Assembly (NCBI GenBank): GCA_945863425.1
Contig: CAMBBW010000001.1
Coordinates: 1 to 63,458 of the forward strand
Length of the DNA stretch: 63,458 bases
Direction of reading: 5' to 3'
Source: Lishizhenia tianjinensis
GTDB lineage: Bacteria > Bacteroidota > Bacteroidia > Flavobacteriales_D > Crocinitomicaceae
Part shown: one piece after another, positions 28,245 through 38,009 of the stretch
How the letters are laid out: each line of letters starts with the position of its first letter
Position numbering within the stretch: the stretch's first letter is position 1
Position numbers and translations under genes: made by a program
The notes under the pieces: generated by a model
Told to the model about the DNA's origin: nothing
Databases searched by the model: none
Seen by the model: the letters and a program-made list of their open reading frames with translations, nothing else

Positions 28245-29572
28245 TGTTAGATATTCGATATCGCACGATTCTAAGTGTGGCACTACCATTAATGATTTCT
28301 ACCTTCATTCAATCTATTGTGTTGATTACTGATGCGTCATTTATTAGCCGCTACAATACCCATGCTTTCGATGCTGTTGGTAATGGCGGATTATTATATA
28401 TTACTATGTACATGGCGCTTGTAGGAATGAGCGATGGAGCTCAAATACTCATAGCCCGCAGGGTCGGTCAAAGTAAATCTAAATCGATTAGTAAAATCTT
28501 TGGTACAACTCTGTTAATTCTTACATTTATCGCAATCGTTTTGTTTATGATTCTTTACTATTTCATGCCGGATTGGGTCATGTCCTATTCAAAAAATAGT
28601 GAAATTGCTACGTTTCAAGGGCAATATATTCAAATTCGAAGTTTTGCATTATTTAGTGCTATTTTAACCTTAAGTATTCAAGCTTTTTTCATGGCGATAG
28701 GCAAAACCTGGGTTGTTTTAATTGCCGCTTTAATTACAGCACTTAGCAATATTTTACTTGATTACTTGCTGATTTTTGGGAATTTTTCTTTTCCGGAGAT
28801 GGGAATAGAAGGTGCGGCATGGGCTTCCACGATAGCAGATGCATTGGGCATGCTCTTCTTACTTCTTTTTACCTTGTTTACACGATATAAAAATGAATAT
28901 CAACTCTTTCATTCGTTAGGAATAAGTAAAAACTCTTTCAGAGAAATGCTAAAAATCGGAACGCCCTTAATGCTTCAAGGATTAACTGCATTGGCAACAT
29001 GGACCGTTTTTTTTACTTGGCTTGAGCAGATGGGATCCTTCGAATTAACGGTTTCTCAAAACATTCGTACCTTGTATATGTTTGCGTTTGTTCCGATTTG
29101 GGGATTCGCTGGCACAACCAAAACCTATGTTTCGCAATACATGGGTCGTAAAGAATTCCATTTGATTCCAGTAATTCAAAAACGCATTCAAATTATCACT
29201 GTACTATTGCTATTAATTTCATTTCATGGATCGATATTGTATCCCGAAGCACTGATACGTTTCGTTAATCCGAATGAACTCTATGTTGCTAAAAGTGCTG
29301 AAATTCTTCGCTTTGTGTCTATTTCAATCTTTCTATATGGCTTTGTAAGTGTTTATTTTCAAACTATAAATGGAAGTGGCAATACATTAATATCAATGAG
29401 TATAGAAATAGGTTCAGTTTTGATTTACATTTTTTCAGCGTTTTTATTTATCAAGGTATTCAAATGGGATATTTATTGGGTTTGGTCGGTTGAATATGTT
29501 TATTTTGGAGTCACTGGATTATTATCATACCTCTATTTAAAATTCTTTAATTGGCAAAAAAAGCGAGTATAA
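28244..29572 (+). CDS. MATE-family efflux transporter
   Basis: 442 aa, about 12 hydrophobic segments, typical MATE N-terminus (ILSVALPLMISTFIQSIVLITDASFI). TAATG start/stop overlap with rlmI. Confidence 0.8.
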   Translation: MLDIRYRTILSVALPLMISTFIQSIVLITDASFISRYNTHAFDAVGNGGLLYITMYMALVGMSDGAQILIARRVGQSKSKSISKIFGTTLLILTFIAIVLFMILYYFMPDWVMSYSKNSEIATFQGQYIQIRSFALFSAILTLSIQAFFMAIGKTWVVLIAALITALSNILLDYLLIFGNFSFPEMGIEGAAWASTIADALGMLFLLLFTLFTRYKNEYQLFHSLGISKNSFREMLKIGTPLMLQGLTALATWTVFFTWLEQMGSFELTVSQNIRTLYMFAFVPIWGFAGTTKTYVSQYMGRKEFHLIPVIQKRIQIITVLLLLISFHGSILYPEALIRFVNPNELYVAKSAEILRFVSISIFLYGFVSVYFQTINGSGNTLISMSIEIGSVLIYIFSAFLFIKVFKWDIYWVWSVEYVYFGVTGLLSYLYLKFFNWQKKRV

Positions 29573-29591
29573 ACTAAATTAGCTTAATACT

Positions 29592-30560
29592 ATGATTCCA
29601 GCATTGCGCATTGTTTTTATGGGAACTCCTGAGTTTGCCGTTTCAATTTTGGAAAAACTATTTCATTCCCCCCATCAGATTGTGGGAGTTGTAACTGCAA
29701 CCGATAAACCTGCAGGTAGAGGTCAGAAACTAAAATCGAGTGCTGTAAAAGATTTTGCCATTGAAAATCAACTCAATTTATTGCAGCCTGAAAGCCTGAA
29801 AGATCCTATTTTTATCGAACAATTGAAGGATCTTAACGCCGATTTATTTGTAGTTGTAGCCTTTAGAATGTTGCCTGAAATTGTTTGGTCCATGCCTCCA
29901 AAAGGCACAATCAATCTTCATGCTTCATTATTACCACAATATCGTGGTGCAGCACCTATTAATTGGGCAATTATAAACGGAGAAACGAAAACTGGTGTTA
30001 CTACATTTTTTATCAATAAAGACATTGATACTGGAAAAATAATTGACAGCCGGGAAACTGAAATATTGGAGGACATGACTGTTGGCGAATTATATTCACA
30101 ATTAATGGAAATTTGATCTGATTTGACACTTGAAACAGTTCATGCTATTGCGAAAAATGAAATTGAACCTAAAAATCAAGAGGCATTAATACTATCTGAA
30201 CTAAAACATGCCCCCAAACTATTTAGACCGATTTGCGAAGTTTTTTGGAATAACTCAGCAACCAACATTCATAATCTAATTCGAGGCCTTTCACCCTATC
30301 CGGGAGCTTGGACAAAACTGCACAATACGCAAAAGGATGAATGTGTTCAATTTAAACTTTTGGAAAGTAGAAAATCGGGGATTAAGGTTAAAAATTCCAA
30401 AAACCTACTTCTTCACGAAAACGGCATACTGATACCATGTTCTGATGAGTATTTGATTATAAGCAAGTTACAACCAGAAGGTAAACGTTCGATGAATTAC
30501 AAAGAATTCCTTGCAGGTCATAATTTAGCCGATTGGTTGATCGAAAGTGGGGTAAAATAG
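29592..30560 (+). pseudogene. fmt: Methionyl-tRNA formyltransferase interrupted by one in-frame TGA (30114-30116)
   Basis: Track ORFs 29592..30116 and 30123..30560 are in the same frame. Together they are collinear with Fmt: MGTPEFAV, HASLLPQYRGAAPINWAIING, then APKLF and IRGLSPYPGAWT. The junction reads LYSQLMEI-TGA-SDLTLETV. Confidence 0.8.
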
Positions 30561-30561
30561 T

Positions 30562-30569
30562 TACATTTG
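30562..30569 (+). promoter_or_regulatory. Candidate -7 promoter box (TACATTTG) for secA
   Basis: Exact TAnnTTTG, 20 nt upstream of ATG 30590 and right after the fmt stop. A TTG lies 22 nt upstream of the box. Confidence 0.35.
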
Positions 30570-30589
30570 ATACTTAAAAATTCAGTTAC

Positions 30590-33500
30590 ATGTTAGGAGA
30601 CTTATTAAAACGTCTATTAGGGGATAAAAACACAAAAGACAGAAGAGAATATCAACCGTTCATTGACAAAGCAAATCAAGCATACGAAAAGATAAAATCA
30701 ATTTCAGATGACGGTTTGCGCGAACAAACGAATGAATTAAAAAAATACATCAGCGAACAAATTTCATCCTTGGAGGATGAATTATTGGTTTTAAAAGACA
30801 AAGCTGATGGTACAAATTTATCAATTCAGGATAAAGAAGAAATCTTTGAGGAAATTGATAAAGTGATCGTGAAAATCGATGAGAAAATCGAAGAAGCACT
30901 TTTAGAGATACTACCTCAAGCCTTTGCTTTGATAAAAGAGACTTCTTTTCGTTGGACCACCAACGGAAAATTAGAAGTTACAGCTATGGATTTTGATAAG
31001 GACTTGGCATCTAAAAAGGATGGTATTACCTTGTCTGGTGATAAAGCAATTTGGCATAATGAGTGGACCGCAGCGGGAGCAAAAGTAAAATGGGAAATGA
31101 TCCATTATGACGTGCAGTTGATGGGTGGAGCCGTATTGCACAAAGGAAATATTGCAGAAATGCAAACTGGGGAAGGGAAAACATTGGTTGCTACTTTGCC
31201 TGTATACTTAAATGCGCTTGCTGGAAAAGGTGTTCATGTTGTGACAGTGAATGATTATTTGGCTAAACGTGACTCAGAATGGATGGGGCCGTTGTATCAA
31301 TTTCATGGTCTATCTGTAGATTGTATTGACAAACATCAACCGAATTCACCAGATAGAAGAAATGCATATCAAGCAGATATAACATTTGGAACCAATAATG
31401 AGTTTGGATTTGATTATTTACGAGATAATATGGCTGGCAGCACAGAAGATTTAGTGCAACGCAAGCATCATTTTGCCATTGTAGATGAGGTCGATTCAGT
31501 TTTAATAGATGATGCTCGAACACCATTGATTATCTCTGGGCCAACGCCAAGAGGAGAAGAACATGAATATTATGAACTAAAACCACGTATTGAACGGGTG
31601 GTGAATGCTCAAAAACAATATGTTCAGCAATGTTTAACAGAGGCACGTAAATTACTAACTGTTATTACAGGCGAATCAACAGATTCAGCTATTGATTCAA
31701 AAAAAGCATTGGAAGAAGGTGGAATTGCCTTGTTGCGCGCTCATCGTGGACTTCCGAAAAACAAGTCTTTAATAAAATTCCTTTCCGAACCAGGAATTCG
31801 TGTTCATTTGCAGAAGACTGAAAACTTCTACATGCAAGAGCAAGGGAAACACATGAAAAAAATTGATAATGAGTTATTTTTTGTAATTGATGAAAAAAAC
31901 AATACTATAGAATTAACTTCAAAAGGGATTGATTTAGTTTCGGGATCAGATGATCGCGACTTTTACATTTTACCCGATATCGGTTCAGAAATCGCTCGTT
32001 TACAGAAGGAAAATCATGAGAAGGAACAATACCTAGAAAAAAAGGACACCTTGGTGCGTGATTATTCAATCAAATCAGAACGCATTCACTCTATCAATCA
32101 ATTACTTAAAGCATATACTTTATTTGAAAAAGAAGTAGAATATGTAATTCTAGATAGTAAAGTTAAGATTGTAGATGAACAAACAGGTCGTATTTTAGAT
32201 GGTAGAAGATACTCCGACGGCTTACATCAAGCGATTGAAGCAAAAGAAAATGTAACTGTTGAGGCAGCTACTCAAACTTATGCTACAGTTACGCTTCAGA
32301 ATTATTTTCGAATGTACCATAAATTGGCGGGGATGACTGGTACCGCTGAAACTGAAGCGAAAGAATTTTGGGATATCTATAAATTAGATGTCATCGTTAT
32401 CCCACCCCATAGAGTTGTTGTAAGAAAAGATCAAAATGATTTTGTATTGCGCACCGCTCGTGAAAAATACTCCTCAATTATTGATGAAATTGAAAAGTTA
32501 GTTGCTGCTGGGAGACCTGTTTTGGTTGGTACAACTACCGTTGAAATTTCGGAACTTTTGAGTCGAATGCTCAAAATGAAAAAAATTGAACATCAAGTTC
32601 TTAACGCCAAATACCACCAAAAAGAAGCGGAAATTGTAGCTAATGCTGGTTTTGCTGGAACGGTAACTATCGCAACCAATATGGCAGGACGTGGAACTGA
32701 TATCAAATTGGGACCAGGTGTTAAAGAAGCGGGGGGATTAGCCATTATTGGTACCGAGAGGCATGATTCAAGAAGGGTGGATAGACAGTTGCGTGGACGA
32801 TCTGGTCGACAAGGAGATCCAGGTTCTACACAATTTTTTGTTTCACTAGAGGATGATTTAATGCGGAAATTTGGTTCAGAACGAATTGCCAAATTAATGG
32901 ATAGAATGGGACTCAAAGAGGGTGAGGTTATTACCCACAGTATGGTGACAAAATCTATCGAACGCGCGCAGAAAAAAGTGGAAGAAAACAACTTTGGAAT
33001 GCGGAAGCGTTTACTCGAGTATGATGACGTAATGAATGCGCAGCGTAAGGCAATTTACAAGAAACGCAGAAATGCATTATTTGGTGACCGATTAGATATT
33101 GATGTAGACAATATGTTTTTTGAATTGTGTGAATCAACGGTCGTTAAACTAAAAAATTCCTCCTTCATAGAATTTGAATTAGAACTCTTGCGAGTAATTG
33201 GTATCGAATCCCCAATTGAAGAAAGTGCTTTTCATTCAACTGACGAAAATTCATTGACAGATCTTGTCTATCAATCCATGCGAGAACAATATAAACGTAA
33301 ATGCGATAAAATTTCTTTCAAAGCATTTCCGCAAATTAAGCATGTGCACGAAACAATGTCTAACAAATACAAGAATATTGTTTTTCCATTAACCGAGGGT
33401 AGAAGAGAAATGCAGCTAATTGTTAATCTAGAAGATGCGTATAAAACTGAAGGTAGAGAAATTTCAAAATCTTTAGAAAGAAATGTTATTCTGTCAACAA

Positions 33501-33937
33501 TTGACAATGAATGGAAAGAACATTTGCGTGAAATGGACGATTTGCGATCAGCTGTTCACAATGCAAGTTACGAACAGAAAGATCCTTTATTGGTATACAA
33601 GCTAGAATCATTTGGATTATTCAAAAATATGATCAACCGATTGAATACTGAATCTGTCGAACTATTAATGAAATTAGATATTCCAGTAGAGCAAGAATTA
33701 CAAAGTACGAATAAAGAAGAACGTCAAAATAATTACGCGAAAGCAAGTTCAACTTCCAATACAAGCAGTACAACCCCTCCTCAATTTAGTGGAGCAGAAG
33801 CTTACAAAAAAGCAATTGAATCAAGTTTGCCACCAATAGAAAAGAAGGAACCGATAATTGCAGAACCAAAAGCAGGGCGAAACGATCCTTGTCCATGTGG
33901 AAGTGGAAAGAAATATAAACAATGTCACGGTAAATAA
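30590..33937 (+). CDS. secA: Preprotein translocase ATPase SecA
   Basis: 1115 aa. MQTGEGKT Walker [20 protein letters not shown], and C-terminal zinc finger [14 protein letters not shown]. Confidence 0.97.
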   Translation: MLGDLLKRLLGDKNTKDRREYQPFIDKANQAYEKIKSISDDGLREQTNELKKYISEQISSLEDELLVLKDKADGTNLSIQDKEEIFEEIDKVIVKIDEKIEEALLEILPQAFALIKETSFRWTTNGKLEVTAMDFDKDLASKKDGITLSGDKAIWHNEWTAAGAKVKWEMIHYDVQLMGGAVLHKGNIAEMQTGEGKTLVATLPVYLNALAGKGVHVVTVNDYLAKRDSEWMGPLYQFHGLSVDCIDKHQPNSPDRRNAYQADITFGTNNEFGFDYLRDNMAGSTEDLVQRKHHFAIVDEVDSVLIDDARTPLIISGPTPRGEEHEYYELKPRIERVVNAQKQYVQQCLTEARKLLTVITGESTDSAIDSKKALEEGGIALLRAHRGLPKNKSLIKFLSEPGIRVHLQKTENFYMQEQGKHMKKIDNELFFVIDEKNNTIELTSKGIDLVSGSDDRDFYILPDIGSEIARLQKENHEKEQYLEKKDTLVRDYSIKSERIHSINQLLKAYTLFEKEVEYVILDSKVKIVDEQTGRILDGRRYSDGLHQAIEAKENVTVEAATQTYATVTLQNYFRMYHKLAGMTGTAETEAKEFWDIYKLDVIVIPPHRVVVRKDQNDFVLRTAREKYSSIIDEIEKLVAAGRPVLVGTTTVEISELLSRMLKMKKIEHQVLNAKYHQKEAEIVANAGFAGTVTIATNMAGRGTDIKLGPGVKEAGGLAIIGTERHDSRRVDRQLRGRSGRQGDPGSTQFFVSLEDDLMRKFGSERIAKLMDRMGLKEGEVITHSMVTKSIERAQKKVEENNFGMRKRLLEYDDVMNAQRKAIYKKRRNALFGDRLDIDVDNMFFELCESTVVKLKNSSFIEFELELLRVIGIESPIEESAFHSTDENSLTDLVYQSMREQYKRKCDKISFKAFPQIKHVHETMSNKYKNIVFPLTEGRREMQLIVNLEDAYKTEGREISKSLERNVILSTIDNEWKEHLREMDDLRSAVHNASYEQKDPLLVYKLESFGLFKNMINRLNTESVELLMKLDIPVEQELQSTNKEERQNNYAKASSTSNTSSTTPPQFSGAEAYKKAIESSLPPIEKKEPIIAEPKAGRNDPCPCGSGKKYKQCHGK

Positions 33938-33940
33938 ATC

Positions 33941-34705
33941 ATGCTTCAATTTCCATCAATTTCAATAATTGGAACAGGAAATGTTGCTGAACTATTGGGA
34001 CAACGATTATTGAATGCGGGGTGTGTTTTATCCTCCGTTATTGGCAGAAACCAACATCGGCTTGTTCAACTAAGTAGTGATTGGAAGTGTAACATTGAAT
34101 CAATTGATGCGATTAGTGGCGATATTGTTTTAGTAGCCGTTTCCGATGATGTTACGATCGAAATAATCGAACAGATTGAGCAAAATAAAATTGTATTCTA
34201 TACAGCAGGAACTATTGATATAAACTTGATTAAACACCCACTGGTTGGAGTTTTTTATCCATTACAAACTATTACTAAAAATAGGATTCCAAAAATAGAT
34301 TCCTTCCCAATATTGATAGAATCAGAGCATCCTGAGGTAATAAAAAAATTGAACTCAATAGCACAACTCATTAGCAATCAAGTATCTGTATGTAATTCAA
34401 TAGAAAGAAATAAAATTCATTGCATCGCTGTTTTCATTAACAATTTTAGTAATCACGTTATTCATATAGGGCAATCAATAGCTACAAAAGAGAAAATTGA
34501 CTTTAGTTTATTTCCTAGTTTATTAAAAGAAACGTTCGAAAAACTGAATGAAATGAATGCTAAAGAGGCACAAACTGGTCCAGCTAGACGTAATGATATA
34601 GAAACCATTTCAAATCATTTGAATTTACTTACAGAATCAGAAAAAAGTATCTATTTAGCATTAACCAATAGTATTTTAACCACTTATGACCATGATCAGT
34701 TATAA
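33941..34705 (+). CDS. Rossmann-like / DUF2520-type protein
   Basis: 254 aa. N-terminal IIGTGNVAELLG dinucleotide-binding-like motif. The pattern and the kdsC neighbourhood recall DUF2520 proteins of Bacteroidota. Confidence 0.6.
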   Translation: MLQFPSISIIGTGNVAELLGQRLLNAGCVLSSVIGRNQHRLVQLSSDWKCNIESIDAISGDIVLVAVSDDVTIEIIEQIEQNKIVFYTAGTIDINLIKHPLVGVFYPLQTITKNRIPKIDSFPILIESEHPEVIKKLNSIAQLISNQVSVCNSIERNKIHCIAVFINNFSNHVIHIGQSIATKEKIDFSLFPSLLKETFEKLNEMNAKEAQTGPARRNDIETISNHLNLLTESEKSIYLALTNSILTTYDHDQL

Positions 34706-35210
34706 AGAAAAACTCAACCACATCACAACATTTATTTTTGATGTTGATGGTGTTTTTACAGATGGAACCGTTCAATTAATTAATGACGAGGTAATTAGAA
34801 CATTTCATTCGAGAGACAGTTATGTAATTCAATACGCATCAAAACTAGGGTATTCATTTTTCGTAATAACTGGTGGCCATTCAATTGATGTTCAAAATAG
34901 GTTATTAGGACTTGGGGTGAAAGAAGTTCATATGCGATCGTCCCGGAAACTAGAAGTCTATAACGAAATCAAGCATCGACACAACTTAACAGATAGAGAA
35001 ATCGCTTATATGGGGGATGACATTCCCGATATTCCAGTATTAAAACAAGTTGGTGTATCGTGTTGCCCTCAAGATGCTGCTTCAGATATCAAACAACTCG
35101 TGGATTACCAATCACCTATAAGTGGAGGGAAGGGATGTGTGAGAGATATTGTTGAGCAAACACTGCGTGTTCAAGGAAATTGGATGAAACCAGAAGCATT
35201 TGAGTGGTAA
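34686..35210 (+). CDS. kdsC: HAD-IIIA phosphatase, 3-deoxy-D-manno-octulosonate 8-phosphate phosphatase-like
   Basis: 174 aa. HAD motif I FIFDVDGVFTDG and motif YMGDDIPD. 20-nt overlap with the preceding gene. Confidence 0.8.
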   Translation: MTMISYKEKLNHITTFIFDVDGVFTDGTVQLINDEVIRTFHSRDSYVIQYASKLGYSFFVITGGHSIDVQNRLLGLGVKEVHMRSSRKLEVYNEIKHRHNLTDREIAYMGDDIPDIPVLKQVGVSCCPQDAASDIKQLVDYQSPISGGKGCVRDIVEQTLRVQGNWMKPEAFEW

Positions 35211-35211
35211 A

Positions 35212-36330
35212 CTATTTTTTCTTGTAAATCTTGCATGAAACTGCCAAGTGGTCACTGAACGCTTTTTCTTGGATTTTAAATTGTGTAGAATTCAAATCCT
35301 CTGAATGGAAAATATAATCAATTCTACCCGCTGGAATTCTACCGACATACGTAGGACCAATACCACTACCACAATTACGAAAAGCATCTGTTAATGTAGA
35401 ATTAAATTGTTGGTATGTGTAGGAAAGCGGGGTATCATTAAAATCACCACATACAATGGTTGGATAGGGCGAATTCTGCACGTGTTTCATTACTGTCAAT
35501 GCCTGTTCAGCACGCTTGGGGTATGCTATTTTGAGTTTTTCAATAATTAATCTTATGGTAGATTTTGACGCAATATTATTCAATGGATCTTTTTTGGTAT
35601 AATAATCACCTTGTAATTTAATAGACTGAAGATGTACATTATAAATCCGAAAAGTGTCTTGTTGTTTAACAATATCTACATAAACACAATAATTGAAATC
35701 TTTCTCACTTTGTGTGTCAAAAATCACGTCACCTTTGGCAATAATGGGGAATTTAGAAAACAAATAAATACCAAAATTTTGACGTGAATAATTTTTGTGG
35801 GCGCTTCTTTCATGATAATCCAAAAACTTCATAAATCGCATGATTGTATCTCGCGTTTTAAAATCTGTTGGGCGATCTTTTTGATAAAATTCCTGAAAAC
35901 AAATTACATCCGGATTTTCATTCTTCATGTAATCAAATATCTCATTACGCGTCTTTATTGCATTTTTAAGTTTGGGGTTATAAACGTCAAATAATCGAAC
36001 ATTATAAGACATTATATGAAGCGAATTCCCTGAAGGTGGAGAATCATCCGAAAAAATGGCTAACATTCTAAAATGTAGATTTCCTCCCAGCACTAAAAAA
36101 CCTAAAATCACAAAGGCCCACTTGGATTTAAGGATTGTCCATAGAATTAGAAGAATAATCGAAATCGCCAAAAAAATAGGATATGCTAAACCAAAGAAAG
36201 GAATAAAAAACTGAGTTTTAGGATGAATAAAAGGAGCTAAATAGGAAAAACTAAGTGCAAGTAAAGTTAGCACCGTGAAAAATTTCACCCAAAATTTAAT
36301 GTTCCATAAGAAACTTAGAAAACTAACCAT
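35212..36330 (-). CDS. Membrane-anchored endonuclease/exonuclease/phosphatase (EEP) family protein
   Basis: 372 aa. Several N-terminal TM helices, then an EEP fold (MSYNVRLF, CFQEF, GDFNDTP, C-terminal SDHLAV). Confidence 0.8.
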   Translation of the reverse strand: MVSFLSFLWNIKFWVKFFTVLTLLALSFSYLAPFIHPKTQFFIPFFGLAYPIFLAISIILLILWTILKSKWAFVILGFLVLGGNLHFRMLAIFSDDSPPSGNSLHIMSYNVRLFDVYNPKLKNAIKTRNEIFDYMKNENPDVICFQEFYQKDRPTDFKTRDTIMRFMKFLDYHERSAHKNYSRQNFGIYLFSKFPIIAKGDVIFDTQSEKDFNYCVYVDIVKQQDTFRIYNVHLQSIKLQGDYYTKKDPLNNIASKSTIRLIIEKLKIAYPKRAEQALTVMKHVQNSPYPTIVCGDFNDTPLSYTYQQFNSTLTDAFRNCGSGIGPTYVGRIPAGRIDYIFHSEDLNSTQFKIQEKAFSDHLAVSCKIYKKK

Positions 36331-37231
36331 TTTTACTTTGATTGAATAAAAAATCCTTCTCTTGTCTTGTTAATGATTCATAGCCCGACTTTGAAATTTT
36401 ATCTAGAATTGCATCAATCTTCATTTGCTTTTTTTTGGCTTCTAAATTATACTCCTCATCTGTTTTCATTCGACTATTTGAACGATTCGTGCTCTGTTTC
36501 TTGGTGGACCTATTGGCAAAGCTTTTAACTATTTTATCTATAAAATTTTGAACTTTAGTTATTATATTCTTAGAACTATGAATATTTCGAATAGAAAGAG
36601 CACCGAATAAAGCACCTCCAATATGAGCGAAATGAGCAACCCCATCATTTAAACCCAAAGAAATTAGATCTGAAACTAGAAAGAAACCCGCCAAAAAAAT
36701 TAATCGAATTGGAAAAACCCCAAATAGAGAAACCGTTAAATTTGGTCGATAGAATGCTAATCCCATAAAAATAGCCATAACAGAACCGGAAGCACCGACA
36801 ATTACCACATTAGAACCTTGCAATGCAGGGAAAATAGCGTGCGCAATAATTTCAAGAATACCACCTGCAACACCACCAAATAAATAGGTAAACCAAAGCC
36901 TTTTAGAATCGAACAATTGTTCAAACATCCTTCCGGAAAAGTAAAGAAAAAGCATGTTCAATAACAAATGCCATAATGTGAAATGCGAAAAAATACTGGT
37001 CACAATTCCCCAAGGCATCCAAACGAATTCAGAGAGCTGAGTATTTAAAGTAAAGACGGAACTTAAAAATTTGGATAATAAACTATCTTGTGCCAAGAGT
37101 AAACGACTACTAACTTCAATTATCTGAATGAATAAAAAAACAACTACATTAATTAATATTAGTCGAATTGTCATGCCACCATAGCGATAAGCATTTTTTA
37201 AAGAATCGATAAGATTTTGATTGGATTGCAT
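36323..37231 (-). CDS. Rhomboid-family intramembrane serine protease with a long basic C-terminal tail
   Basis: 302 aa. GASGSVMAIF (catalytic Ser) and HIGGALFGAL (catalytic His). The ~85-aa Lys-rich tail ends in IDAILDKISKSGYESLTRQEKDFL. Confidence 0.85.
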   Translation of the reverse strand: MQSNQNLIDSLKNAYRYGGMTIRLILINVVVFLFIQIIEVSSRLLLAQDSLLSKFLSSVFTLNTQLSEFVWMPWGIVTSIFSHFTLWHLLLNMLFLYFSGRMFEQLFDSKRLWFTYLFGGVAGGILEIIAHAIFPALQGSNVVIVGASGSVMAIFMGLAFYRPNLTVSLFGVFPIRLIFLAGFFLVSDLISLGLNDGVAHFAHIGGALFGALSIRNIHSSKNIITKVQNFIDKIVKSFANRSTKKQSTNRSNSRMKTDEEYNLEAKKKQMKIDAILDKISKSGYESLTRQEKDFLFNQSKNG

Positions 37232-37232
37232 A

Positions 37233-38009
37233 TTACCAAAAATTTGAACGATCTTGTCTTCTCCAAATCAACACCAGGATGGCACCAACTAAAGCACCTC
37301 CAATATGCGCTAAATGAGCAACAGGGTCATTTGATTGATTTTCGAATGCCAAATACACTTCTATTAAAAAATACGCGCCCACTAAATATTTTGCTTTAAC
37401 GGGAATTGCAAAATACAGCATAAACTCAGTATTTGGAAAAAGGATAGCGAATGCGGACATCACACCAAAAATTGCACCTGAAGCACCAACCATTGGGGTT
37501 ATTGAGAGGGTGACATATTCTTTAATTGATTCAAAATTCACGGCGGGGTGTGACATCAAAAAGCTGTTTAAATTAGCATTTAGGTCGTCCAAATTCTCAC
37601 TAGAAGCGATTACAGCATCTAAGTCATCTATTTTTAATGTACCTGAAAGATGTGAAGAGATTTCCATCATTTGATACACCCCAATTCCATTATAGAGTGC
37701 AAACGCACCCATTGCAGAAGATATATAAAAAATGAAAAAACGTTTAGCACCCCATAATCGCTCTAAAAACCCACCCAACATGACAAATAACCACATATTA
37801 AAAAAGATGTGAAAGAAATCGCCGTGCATAAAAAAGTGAGTAACGATTTGAAAAGGCTCAAAAAGAGCAGATGTAATGTAATGAGCACCTAGGACACCTC
37901 TTAAATTAATCCCTTGCAGCGCTAATAATTCAGTAACAACATAAAACATGATATTCAATAAAAGAATATTTTTTGTTACTTGGGGAATTGAATTTAAAAA
38001 TGAGAACAT
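37233..38009 (-). CDS. Rhomboid-family intramembrane serine protease
   Basis: 258 aa. HFFMHGDFFHIFFNM, GASGAIFGVM and HIGGALVGAI motifs. Confidence 0.85.
   Translation of the reverse strand: MFSFLNSIPQVTKNILLLNIMFYVVTELLALQGINLRGVLGAHYITSALFEPFQIVTHFFMHGDFFHIFFNMWLFVMLGGFLERLWGAKRFFIFYISSAMGAFALYNGIGVYQMMEISSHLSGTLKIDDLDAVIASSENLDDLNANLNSFLMSHPAVNFESIKEYVTLSITPMVGASGAIFGVMSAFAILFPNTEFMLYFAIPVKAKYLVGAYFLIEVYLAFENQSNDPVAHLAHIGGALVGAILVLIWRRQDRSNFW

Noticed and set aside
30114-30116. UGA recoded as Gly (genetic code 25) or as selenocysteine in fmt
   Set aside because: TGA terminates ispF and dxr in this same window, so the code is standard. The position aligns with Gly rather than Cys, and I see no convincing hairpin immediately downstream that could act as a SECIS element.
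32593-32991. 132-aa ORF antisense to secA. Similar long antisense ORFs: 24605..24931 in bshA, 26072..26374 in dxr, 41326..41646 in wzc, 12930..13217 in gldJ, 2314..2553 in the T9SS cargo gene.
   Set aside because: All lie fully inside confidently identified genes on the other strand. They have low-complexity or odd composition and no recognisable motifs. They are typical shadow ORFs.
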